Shown in pieces: positions 11,267 through 23,000 of a stretch of 64,000 nt of DNA. The position numbers were made by a program, and so were the translations under genes. The stretch is from Zygnema circumcarinatum SAG 698-1b (taxonomy: Eukaryota; Plantae; Zygnematophyceae), in NCBI GenBank assembly GCA_037447605.1, contig CM074817.1:434001-498000 (forward strand), written 5' to 3'. Under the pieces are notes generated by a model. The model searched no databases, was not told the origin of the DNA, and saw only the letters and a program-made list of their open reading frames with translations. Every line of letters starts with the position of its first letter. Within the stretch, counting starts at the first letter, position 1.

Positions 11267-12467
11267 TGCGTGACTGAGGGCTACAGTAGGTCGGCTTTCC
11301 GTGGTTTTTCATTTTTAGTTTAGGATTAATGAAGTAGAGGAAGAAAATGATAGAGGTGGCTCGGGGGATTGTTCAAATGTATGCATTTGAGACTTTCTTT
11401 TCCTCCACCATGTAAACATAAAGGCATTCAAAAGTTTTGGAAGAAGCCGGGCGGCGTCTGGCCTTGTCATGTTCGCTATAGTGTATTGAGTCGCTTGAAT
11501 CTCGAGTGGATGACGCTTCTAGGTAGGGAAGAGAATATGAAGGCTTAAAAACACACATGAAATGTTTTAGTATAGGAATGACTTTCGAGTGCTTTATGGG
11601 CCTGCGCAGCCCTGGTAAAGCAGCACGTGCATACGAAGAAATGATGCCTCCACCACTGTCTGTCGAGCAATTTGCCAAATAGCTTCAACTGAATACCGTT
11701 GCCGATAGACCTGAGTTGGCCCAAACCCTCTTTCATGGCTCCAGATGAGCGCCCACATCGTCTCTAGGCTTGCTCTTGGGTGTGCCCTTCCTACAACGAC
11801 GAGCCCCTATCTAATGGCCTGGGCAGACCCTGCATGTCGCCAAAACACGTTGTCCAGTTTTCGTTCGAGCACTAGTTGCCATGAAAGGCTCGGTCGTTCC
11901 TCGCTATGTAGCTTGTAGCTCGGATGGCCCTCGTCATGGCGAGGTTCGCTGTAGAAGTGAAGCGGAGAGGAGGTGGCTCAATGACCGAAGTAGAGAAGGG
12001 GGGACATTCTGTTACACCCTGCAACGTAGCAGTAGTGCTTAGCCATAGCCGACTGTGACAGTAATGGTGGCGCAGAGAGATGGAATGGAGCCATGAGTTG
12101 GCGCATTCGAATTTCAAAGGCAATGCATTGTGCCTCCACAAGGAATGCTGCTTTGCTTTTGCTGTGCACCATTTGCGTATCCCAGTTCTGTACACGTGAA
12201 TTGGAATAAAATTGAATGTATCGAAGGCGACAGTTTAGAACGAGACGCTGCTCTCAATTCTCTGATGCGGTGGTCAGTGTCTCACAGACAACCGTTTGCA
12301 CTGCAGATTTAAGGCGTCGTGTCGAGCTACATGGAGAATCCAGTTGTCTTTCAATTCCTACAATGCTTGTCAGAGAGAAACCCTCAAGAACGCGCAGGAC
12401 GCGTGTTATGTGAGTCCATGTTAGCCTAATTATATTCCATTCGCAAGCTCAAGCAGAATCAGCGAAC

Positions 12468-14787
12468 ATGGCTGCCACCTGCATTCCTCCAATGCGCCAT
12501 GGCCGAATTTCCCTCGGTTCGAGTTGCCAGAAGAATGGGAATACCGTAACCCTGATAGTGCGCCGAGCAGTAAATGATGATGTAGCTCTGTTTCGTCAAG
12601 TGTTGCACATTATTGACCCTCAGTCCAAAGCTTTAGTGTTGGATATTGATGTTGTATTCATGAAGGGCTCATGGCTGCAAGTGGCTAGTACTCGGAAACA
12701 GAAAGTGAGAGAGAAGTTCTTGGAGCGCAAACGTCATGCACTGACGGAGAGACGTGGCCTGGGCTGCAATGAACGGTTACTGGGCTTCCGGAAGACATGC
12801 TTTCAAGCTAAAGAAAGCTTTCATGGAACAAGCAGGAAAAAATATCAAATTTTTTATGCAGCAGGAGAAGTCATGGAGGGCGGAGGAGAGGGTAGTGACG
12901 GAAACGGGATTGGCGGTAACGGGAAGGGGGGTGGTGGAGACGACGGAGGGGGAAAAGAATGGGATGCGGAATGGGAAATGTGGCGGAGAAATATTCGAAG
13001 GTTTTTGCGGGTACTGATGATTTACAGTTTTTTGCCCTTGATAAAAATCTGCCTTCTCGTATGGCACAGCAATGGTAGACAACGCCGAAAGTTTCCGTCA
13101 GAGGTAGGAAGGCCTCTCTCTGCAATGAGCGAGAGGGAATGAGACATTGTGAGTAAAGCAAGCACTACTTCCTTACAAACAGGAACAATTTCCACATGCA
13201 GAGATGAGTTCGGCTGGCAAATATTGATAAGCATTAGCGGACGGAACCGAGTGTGAGCTCGATTGTTGGTTGCATCGGAAAGTAATTTCTCTTTCATGGA
13301 AATGCACGTATTGTCACTATGAGATTGTTTTCGTTACTGATGTAAACGTCCTCAATGTTGAAGAAGAAATTTGACTGTCATGAGTGTGTTCTCTAGGAAG
13401 TTAATTGCTACTGGTGTTAGCTGGCTGTCTATTCTGCCAGCGTGAAGCTTATTGATTTCTGCGTTAACTTCCATGAAAAAGTGAAGGCGATATCCTGCTG
13501 GATAGAGCCTTCAGCGACAAATTTCTAAGGCTTCTAATTTTTATTCTTATTTTTTTAGGTCAGAAAGCAGATCCGCCTCTCTATGAATATCCTTTGAGGA
13601 TTATTGTATCATTTCTTGATGTGCGTGAAATGACTGTACAGGCGTGTGCAGTTTTTGGATGATACGTGCTTTTCGATTGTCTCTGGCAGGGTCTTCCACC
13701 AGCTCTATTAGGATTTCTCCTCAGCCTGGCCACCCTTTTCCCAGCAATGGTTCGTATCTTGTCACCGCAAGTTAGCCTTTTTTGTTCCCGTGGCGTCTGG
13801 TCCCTAGCTTTCCCGCTAGGCATGCAATGTAGACGCGCTTTTGCTTGTTTTGAATTCAAAACCCCTACGCAGCAAGTTATCAAAGAGTTATATGTAAGGA
13901 CGAACGGCATTTGCAGTGAAGTACTTTCTATCTAGCTGTCAATCTATATTCCTGTTCGGCAGGCACACAGGAAGGAGAGGTGGCGACGAGAGCAGCAGGA
14001 TGAACATGCTCAAAGCAGATATAAGCGGGATTCCTCACAGAGGAAACGACCACGGAATCGATGGAAGGAGAGGCGGAGGGAGCAAGAAGGGTTGAACAGA
14101 CGACACCGCTGGGAGAAGGCGTATAGGCGGAGGCAATTTTTTGAATCTGAGGAGGAGGAGGAGGAGGAGGAGGAGGAGGAGGAGGATGTGGAGTATGAGG
14201 AATACCTAGCAGACCTCAGACGTCGCGCCTCTGCTCAGGGTACGAGAAATGCAAGAAGCAGTCAAGGTTGTTTGGAACTCATTTAATGCGAAGCAAGTAT
14301 GGCATCATTGGGACGGGATTTACATCGGAATCCCACTCAATGCAGAACCTTGTTAGGTTGCTCCAACAACTTAATCACTCGAATTTCCTTGCCAGTGCCT
14401 TTCCAGTTCGCTGCTGAATTGATCTGCTTGCGGGTTTGTAATCCAGGGCAAGCTTACAGAAGGACAAGGCAGTCACCCCCAATAGCTTTAACATACGGAC
14501 AATATGTACAGAAATGGTCAGAACTGCAGTCCTCCATATCCTGCAAACATCTCGGCTACAGCGACATTCCATGGCCCCCTTCCGACAATCCTCTGTATCT
14601 CGAGCACGGGGACTCGGACGCTGAAAAGAGGAGCAAGCTGAAGAGAGCTCTCCTGATTTGGCACCCTGACAAGTTCGCCTCCTCCGTGGGGCGGCGCCTG
14701 CTTGAGTATGAAAGGCAGCGGGTCCAGGCTCAGGCACTGACCATTGCCCATGCGGTCTTGAGGTGGAGGGAGAGCTCGTTGCCATAA
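12468..14787 (+). CDS. Putative membrane protein with NFKBIL1-like C-terminal (IPWP...WHPDKF, J-like) domain
   Basis: 3' exons 13963-14239 (AHRKERW...poly-E) and 14447-14787 (YSDIPWPP...KLKRALLIWHPDKFASSVGRRLLEYERQRVQAQALTIAHAVL) are phase-compatible and well supported. The 5' exons 12468-13074, ~13559-13605 and 13690-13749 (GLPPALLGFLLSLATLFPAM) are phase-compatible but speculative. Confidence 0.6.
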
Positions 14788-15080
14788 CGCAGCATGGATC
14801 CAGCAGCCCGTCCACTTCATTCCAAGGAGTATTCAAGCGACAAGGAATGTGGCATTGATCATTGGCATTGTTCAAGTATTGTTGTTGTACGTATGTGGTC
14901 GAGGAATGAACTACTGCTGTGAAGGACGTGGCCATACTGGTTCAGGTTTTAAGTCAGTGCACGAAACAGTTCACACAATAATGTGAAAACAATACATTGT
15001 GCAGTATCGTCTAGGAGCAGAGTGTCGCTCATAGCTTGTTGCTTCCGTTCGTGGGTCGTTTGTTACCGGTTCATCCTTCA

Positions 15081-15137
15081 TCATGGTTGTCTTTGTCCAT
15101 GGACAGTTCATGGCATCGCCATCGTGAGATTGATGCC
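15081..15137 (+). repeat. Diverged copy of the hairpin-TCAAT repeat
   Basis: CTTTGTCCATGGACAGTTCATGGCATCGCCATCGTGAGATTGATGCC. Confidence 0.7.
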
Positions 15138-15688
15138 AACTCATTCGTTTTACGCATTCTGGTACGAAGCAAATGAATTGGCATGCACATGCACACATGC
15201 AGTCCGAAGGGTCCGCACTCCGCAGGTCGGGGGCCCCTGAAGGGCCTGAACGCAAGAGTTTCACGCTGACCGTTCGCTCGGGCAACGGAAATTTTTGTTG
15301 GCCGCTGCGGAGGCCTACGGCAGCGATGGGGTCGCACGACCCGCCGTCGCTGTCGCCGGGATGGGGAGACGAGGCCGAGGAAGGGAGAGAGGGAGAGAGA
15401 GAGCGCGGGGAGGGAAAGGTTGACTTTTGAGTGACATCCTGTATGCACGGCTTCGGCTTCCTGTACACACGGCTTCGGCTTCCCTGGCCCAGACAGCACT
15501 TCTCCATGAGGCGTCCGCAATTTTATTTTAGTTGAGGACAGGTAGTCTAATTTGTTGCGGGATGCGCGTATTATGCACTGCACGCAAGACTCTTAAGCTC
15601 TATTCTGCAAGAGAAAGATAGCATCATCTTTAGTTGCGTCTGTTGAATACTTAGCGAACGGTGAGAAGATATTCTCTGAGAAACCACC

Positions 15689-16222
15689 ATGTGGATAAGA
15701 GGTTCGCGGGATCTGAGATGCATGCTCTATGGTCTTCGACCGCTTATGATATCAATAGGTGTAGTTGCTGCGTTTCTTCTAACAGCAGTGCTCCTCAGAG
15801 GGAGTAATTCACTATCGCCCACAGGAAGTATGAGGCTAAATCTTAAAGCTGGACAGCCCGGTGGAGATGTGCACCTGGATACCTCGATATTTGGTCGTGT
15901 TTCACATAAGCAGAACTTGGCTGCTGTCCTGCAGAACGTAAATCTGGGAGCAATTACCAACCAAATCCAGACCGCTAGTCAGAAAGGTTCAGTCGCTGTT
16001 GGCGGAGTAATGGTACAGGTGAATCTGCAGGATTCTTTACTGGGAGTCGACGCCTCTCTTCCCACGCTCCTTACATCTGTTCTAGCGGAAGTTCTCTGCG
16101 AATTTATTCCATGTACCAACGGTTTCGTAGCTGACGCCCTTCAAACTTTTCAAGACACGTTTATCCCTGAAATATTGGACGCTCCGACTATTGACGATAG
16201 TACTTTTACTGCTCCGTCCTGA
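15689..16222 (+). CDS. Intronless 177 aa orphan ORF with N-terminal hydrophobic signal/anchor segment
   Basis: ATG-initiated, non-repetitive and protein-like composition; hydrophobic stretch LMISIGVVAAFLLTAVLL. No family recognised. Confidence 0.5.
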   Translation: MWIRGSRDLRCMLYGLRPLMISIGVVAAFLLTAVLLRGSNSLSPTGSMRLNLKAGQPGGDVHLDTSIFGRVSHKQNLAAVLQNVNLGAITNQIQTASQKGSVAVGGVMVQVNLQDSLLGVDASLPTLLTSVLAEVLCEFIPCTNGFVADALQTFQDTFIPEILDAPTIDDSTFTAPS

Positions 16223-16633
16223 CCAATCCACATGCTTGCATTAGTCTTGCCGCGACTCCGGATCTTCTTAAAACGGCACTTCGTTTAGCCCCATATGACC
16301 TGACATGCAAGAATGGCCGCTTAATGCAACTTGAAATTCTCGTTCAGGAAATGTGCATGAATTTCCACAACTATTTTGCAGATTTGGTTCCTGTCACAGA
16401 AGAGAATGTGCACTTGAAGTCGCTGTGTCCTTCGGGGAACCGCGGCATTCACAGTCAGTTGCAGCTCTTGGTCAAAGGGAGATTTGGAGGAGGATTTCAT
16501 TTTTTCTAAATAACGGAGTCAATGTTGGGGCTGTTTCGGGTTGTCGCGGCTGTTTTATAGCCGCTTTGTCGAGCATAGAAGCAGCTCATAGCTTTTTTCC
16601 CTTGTATCCTTTGGTCCTCAATGATCGGTTCAT

Positions 16634-16702
16634 CGTGGTTCACTATGTTGTTTTCGCCCATGCACACTTAATGCCATTGCCATCGCCATCGTGAGATCAA
16701 TG
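16634..16702 (+). repeat. Diverged copy of the hairpin-TCAAT repeat
   Basis: CGTGGTTCACTATG...TTTCGCCCATGCACAC...GCCATCGCCATCGTGAGATCAATG; the left arm of the hairpin is degraded. Confidence 0.7.
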
Positions 16703-17258
16703 CAAACTGCTTTCTCCTCTAGCCAATGCCTTGGTCGATACAATGTCGCCATAGCGCTGTGGTCACAACTTTGCATAGCATTTGTCTTTTGAAAGGACAG
16801 ATTCCATATTGAAGATTTTGCACATCTTCAGGTGGCATCTTCTCTATATTTACATTTTTATATTCGGTAAGGAGCACGAGAAGGACAGGCAACAGAGCAA
16901 CTATGGGCTTGTACATGCCATATGCACATAGTTGAATACGGGACCGCGATTTACATCCACGCCAGCTCAAAGAAACAGTTATACGCATCCTACAAAATTA
17001 AGGAGTGAAAGACCACTGGTCTAGAAAAAATAAATTGCAAATTGATCGATTGCCTCTCTTCGTATTTAGGCTTTGCCATCTGCAACATAAAGTAGAGTTC
17101 ATCTATTTTACAAAAGAATTGACTTCAACGCTAGTTAAAGGCAAGACAGACATTTATTTCTGCACAAACTGAATTTTTGATCAACGCTATGATTACTCGG
17201 CGCGAGCATGCTACTGGGTTTGAAATCTACTCCTCAGCCCCCTCCAAAGCCGCAACAT

Positions 17259-18985
17259 CTACTGCACTCTTCGATTCAAAAACCACTTCACCTCGTCGTA
17301 CGCTGCTAAAATGAGAGCGGCACCTGTTCCGCGCAGCATATTGCTCAAGCAGCCTTTGTAGAATGAAAGGATGCCTTCTTGTAGGTATATCCTCCTCCAG
17401 CAATCAAACGTACTTGAGTAAATTTTGGTCTTCAAGCCCGATTGCATCATCATGCGATGTCTGACTGTATCAAATGGATACGAGACAAGCCCAGCCATTG
17501 TTGTAGATACCTGAGCCAAGAGCCACCGGCTCAAGAAGGAGCTCTTTTGCTCATCTGCAAAGAACAGCTGTTTAGCTGTGTCAAACCCGCCAAAGTAGAT
17601 GCTCCGATGGACAATAATCCCGTGAACAGATGCAGGGAAACCCTGATATAGCCCTTTGATCCCTTCTGCTCTATAAATGGTGTACAAGAAGTGTCGCGGT
17701 CCCTTAAATTGGCGATCTGTTCCCAAATCAGTTGCTAGACGGGTGTGAGCTATGTCAAGAGGGTAGGTGAAAAATAAGCTAGTGGCGCCGGCAACTGCGC
17801 CTGCTGCGAAGTTTCCAATTGACATGCGCCATCTAGAAGAACCATGGGTGGCACTTCCTAATTCTTGCACTGCAAACAGTGTGCGATAGTAGTCCTGCAA
17901 AAAAGATAGCAGGAACCAAAGTCAATAGAAAATACACGTCCATGCATCTCGCATGTGAACGCGAAAATTTCGCACAACAATGGACACGTGACTTGTGACT
18001 CACAAGAGTGACTTGAAAAGCAAGGGGAGAGCCAAAAGAACAAAAAAATATACTTGCCAGGATAAGTGACAAAATGAAATAATCTCTTTTCATTTCTTTT
18101 GGATTTTCAATTAAGAGCCTGAAATGCCATGATCTTTCCAATTACAAAATATACATTCCATAAATTTTGAACCACCAAGTAATGCCTTTCCGGATTCGAC
18201 TTCGATACTTCGAGTATCCGAATCAGAAGACATGAAACACATGTAGCATCTCTTTCCCAGGAACAAAAAATAAGGACATGGAACAGTTCTGTCAGCTCTA
18301 TGCATTTATTTCACTTTAAAACACAGCATTGAAGTCATCTGGTTGAAGACTCACACACTTCAACCTCTCTTCCACAAAGCTCTTCCCGCATATCTTTCTT
18401 CTCCATCCCTTCGTTCTCCTTCTTTCCTTCATACTATTCACCATGCACCTATCTTTACTCCTAAAACTTGTCGCACAGACTGCCTACAATTCTGTTCTTC
18501 CATTTTTTTCCCTATCATGTATTCACCTATTCCCGGTGCATCTGCCCCTTGCTCACCTTGAAGGCAAAATTAAGAGCAACGGATGGGTAATAGCGAATGA
18601 TGCTGCTGCCATTCCCACGCCAAAGAGACCAGAAACCTTCTTCCCGCGATATTCTAAGAATGGCGTCCACCATGCCTTTGTACGGCGTCCCTCCTCTTAA
18701 CAAGTACGCCAGATTGCTATCTTGAGTCTGCAGCACAAGCTTGGCTCTCTCTATGGGCGCCACAACCGTATGCGCTACGCCCCCCAGCGCCGCCCCTGCC
18801 AGCAAATCTGCAGGAAATGACTTCCACGCGGCTCTGTTACGGGCTGCCAGCTGGCGACTACCTGCTGAAGGCGCGCCTAACTGCACAGGGCTTGGCGCCT
18901 CTCCTCCACCTGCCAGCTGGCGAATGCCAGAACTGGAAGAAGCCATTCCTGAATCTATAAGCTCTTTTGAGGAAGGCGTCGCCAT
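17259..18985 (-). CDS. PM-ANT1: ADP/ATP carrier of the mitochondrial carrier family, most similar in pattern to plant PM-ANT1-type carriers; 2 exons
   Basis: Exon 1 is 18985-18557 (DLLAGAALGGVAHTVVAPIERAKLVLQTQ...LWRGNGSSIIRYYPSVALNFAFK, GTGAG donor). Exon 2 is 17894-17259 (YPLDIAHTRLATD, YPFDTVRHRMMMQSG). Three PxD/ExxK/R carrier motifs are present. The subfamily call is from memory. Confidence 0.9.
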
Positions 18986-19258
18986 GGAGGCCAATTCCAG
19001 CAAGCCCTATAAACCCTAAGCTTTAAAAACTTTTAGCTTGTGCATGGCGGATGATACCGCCTGCTCCCTTGCTCACCCTGTTCTGATGTTGCTCTCCGAA
19101 AGGTGTCATCGCCCTTAGAGTTTACAAAAATGTACCGTCTAAGTACATATGTATGACAGTAGTTTGGGCGACAGGAGGAGCGAGCATCTGCTTGAACGAG
19201 TTTTCGAAACCGTGTGAGTACGAGCATGGGCGAGAGGGCACGCCGCTCAAATCTTTAC

Positions 19259-19336
19259 GCCATGCCATGCCATGCCATGCCATGCCATGCCATGCCATGC
19301 CATGCCATGCCATGCCATGCCATGCCATGCCATGCC
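19259..19336. repeat. (GCCAT)n pentanucleotide microsatellite, ~15 units
   Basis: Directly visible; shorter arrays occur at ~1041-1050 and ~56742-56761. Confidence 0.95.
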
Positions 19337-20043
19337 GTGCCGTGCTGTGGCATCATTGTTCGCAGAGGCTTGAGTAGGCGCATGAGTAGCTCCCTCCCAC
19401 AACTTGCTCTAGGCGCGACTCTTTAGGCGGGGAAAACCTAAGAATGCATGGCTTTTGCACCCTCTTTTTTTTATGCAGAGAAGGAGAAGAGCAGCATGGA
19501 CGGGCGAGCACAGCGACGACGGCGAGAGCATGAAGCAGGCGACCACCAATTCCTCCTCTTTGTGTGCAAAGCAGTGCCAATGTCATGTTGCCCACGCGGG
19601 GCCTTGACAAGCGGGCCCATTTTCATGCACAGTTTACACAAGCGTGAGATCCATGCGAAATTCGCCCGCCCAAACCCGTGCCTCGTACGAGCTTATGGGC
19701 ATGAAAATCTGGAAAATCCAGTTCGCAGTTCCGTGCCGCAGAATTTCGCATAGATCGTCACACTCCATTCCCGCCCGCCGTGCCCTAACTTGCCAGCCGG
19801 CACCGGCCGCATTCGCCGGCGCGGCGGCCGGCCGGCCCGCCGTTTGGCCGGCTGGTCTGCGCATCGCCGGGCCGCTCTCGTTGGGCGTCCGCCCCCCCTC
19901 CCTCCCTCCCCTCCGGCCGCCATCCTCCCCCGCGCCTTCTCTCGCTCGCTCGCCTCCCTCTCGGCTGCCCACCGCCTTTCTCCCTCCCCCCTCGCCTCTG
20001 CGTGCCGCCTCTCCTCCCGCGCCTACAGAGCCTTCCGCGATTC

Positions 20044-23000
20044 ATGAGCCGGCCCAGCTCGGCCAGCCGGGCGGGAGGGGCCTCGGGCCCGGGCAGTAGC
20101 AACGTCAGCATGACGATACCAGCTAGTTCCCGGAAGGTGGTGCAGGATTTGAAGGAAATTTTGGAATATACAGAAGAGGAGATCTATGCAACCCTTAAGG
20201 AGTGCAATATGGATCCAAATGAGACAGTTGAGCGGCTTATGCACCAGGGTACGAGTTGCTCCTCGCCCGACTGCTTCGCTGTTTTTGTGCTTACGTTTAG
20301 GGTTTCGGTTAGCTGACTCATGTGTGTGCTTGTGCATGCGCTGATGCAGATCCCTTTGAAGAGGTGAAACGTAAACGTGACAAGAGGAAGGAGGTGAGCG
20401 CGCAGCTCTTGTGTATTCTGTAGGTTGCTCAATGCTTCCTGGGGTCTCTTTCCTTACTGCTTTCCTGTATGTATTTCAGGGAACTCCAAATAGGGAATCA
20501 GTAGACCAGCGCCGACCGAGCCACGCTGGCAGCCGTGGGGGCCGAGGCAGCTCTGCTCCTGACCGGACTTCTTCACGTTCGGGGGGCCCCAGATATGGTG
20601 AGGTTTTGCAACGGCGTGGAACCTTACCTTTGTGCAAGTTATGCTGCGCAACCAGCATGCTGTTCCTCTGCCATTATTGGCCTTCCTCGCTCTTTTGAGG
20701 CTTTCTGACTCCTCATGTTCAGAATTGATCGCAATTGGATGGTCTTGTAACCATTTTAGACGTGTTGGGACTTACCCGAACAATTAGGGTTTTGACCTAT
20801 ACCCCAACGGGCCATTTTGGGTTTTAAAGGTGGAAGCTGGTAAGGGAATGCAAATGTGATTGCTGTGCTTTCCGTGCCTTGAGCAGATTCTGGCGGTGGA
20901 AGGGGCCGGACTCGTGAAAATGGCGTTCATCCCGGTAGAGGAACAGCAGCTCCTGCGCCAGCTTCTACACCTATCAGCAGCACCCCTCCAAGCTCGTAAG
21001 CACTGCCCCGGCTATATAATTACCGCCATTTTCCAAACGAGGCTGCCCCCCTTCAATGCGCACGCAAGTCGTCTCTGTGTGTGGTTTGTGCAAGCTTGGC
21101 AGCCATACCGTGCCGAATGTTCTCTATTGAAGCAAGAATGTTTGTGCTGTTTGACAGTGGTGGCAGCGCAGTGGCTACTGCACCTCCGTCCGGACTGCAA
21201 ACGGGCTTTCTGCCGCCCTCTAGCCTACCTGTACAAGCAGCCAAGTGAGTTATTTTATCGCAAGAAATGCGACTTTGTTGCTGAGGATAAGGAATTGAGG
21301 ATGTTGCCTGCTTTGATAAATGCATACAAGACTTTGTGTTGATTCCAAAGGCAAGTGTTCGCTTAGTATGGTGATGAAGGTTATATGACAAGGGTTGCCG
21401 TGAAGCAGTTTCTTTCTCCTTTTCGTCTGTGGGTATCATAATGGCAATGCCTGCGTTGTCTATTGCAGCTCGGTACCTTCAGGAACGGGGGGAATGTCGT
21501 CTGATTTCACCAATCGCTCATTATATTCTCGAGTAGCACCAGGACCTTCTAGCTGGGGGTCAGGAGCAACAATGGCGGACATTGTGAAAGCCAGCGGCGC
21601 TCCAACAGCTCTTCAACACATGCCGGCCGCCTCTAATCCATCTCCCTCCCTTCCTCCTACATCCTTGCCGCAACCATACAGCCCTTCGTCCCCTCTTGCT
21701 TCGCCTCCCGCCACCTTGGGCCTTTACTCCTCTTCTGACGATCCTGTTCTACATCCAGCTCTCGACCCTCGTGCTTCAGGGCCTGCTGGTGGTGTTCCAA
21801 AGCGTGACGTTGGCACAGTAGGTAATCAGCGGCCAATTGGGGAGCGGCCTGTATCAGGTTCACATCAGCTTGACTCTTCTGCTCACGCTTCTCCTCTCCG
21901 GCCCAGCGAACCATCACAGCAAGCAGGGTTGTCTGCAGCTAATCTTTCCATGACCGCTGGCAGCCCTGTGGATTCTATTTCCCTGGACGAGCGGGCACAA
22001 GTACCCATTCAGGTTCAAGTACCACAAACCCAGGCACAGCAATTGCCGCAGGTCCCTCTCGCAGGTCCCAGCATTGTTGCTGCTTCTGCATCTCAAGATA
22101 TGTCTTCTGGTCAGTCAGGAATGGTGGACCCATCTTTGGGCCTGCCTGCGAAAGGAACTTCAACTGGTTCCCGACCCGGTTCTGCTGCCCCTTCAGCATC
22201 CTTAGTTAGCTCATCCTCTCGTGTGGCAACAATGACCAACTCCTATAACGGCCGCCCAGCAGCATATCAGCCACAACAGCAATCTCTAGGCCCACCGAGT
22301 AACGACCTTCCTTCCACTGCTCAGGGTATTGACATTTTCCTGGCTATCAGAGATCGGCCTGTTTTCTGTGTACATGTCGTCCTGAAGGAATTCTGCAACG
22401 CCGATATTCAGGTCCTTGAAAGTTGTACCTTTTTTTAGGCCACGCTTTCTTTAGCTTCATTGGCTGCGTTGTGATTGGGCTTCGCTCTTGTGTCTGCAGG
22501 CACATCGGAATGGCAACCAAAAAGTGCAGGAGGCATGGCTTCCACCTTGCCGAATGTGTCTTCTCCAGAAGATTCAGGAGAGGAACCTCAAGTCGAGTCC
22601 AGCTCGGCATCTGCAGCCTTAAGCAACAAGATGCAGAGTCTCAATGTAATTTCGGCAGAAGAGAAGTCAGTAATAATCCCTGGACATCTGCAGGTGGCTG
22701 ATGTTGACCAGACTCGGCTCAGTTTTGGCAGTTTTGGTAGCTTCGGGAGCTCATTTGGGTCTGGATTTGGCCCGGAGGAAGTAAGAAGCTCTGCACCACC
22801 GGCACCCATGACAAGCGCAGAAACAAGCGCAGAGACTGCTGGGGAGCCAACAGGCCCGATCAGGTGAGTCTTTGCTTTGTGGTGTGTTGGTTGTTGTAAA
22901 AGGTATGGACTAAAGCATTGACTGCATCATGTGTGAATGATACCTTGTGAAGCAGAGGTGTGTTTTCTTTTTCTATTGTTCGGCATATCAAACTTTGGCA

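Noticed and set aside
13586-13596. ATATCCTTT, a perfect U12-type AT-AC 5' splice-site sequence
   Set aside because: No U12 branch site (TCCTTAAC) or suitable AC acceptor was found downstream, and the segment reads as an open exon frame (YEYPLR).
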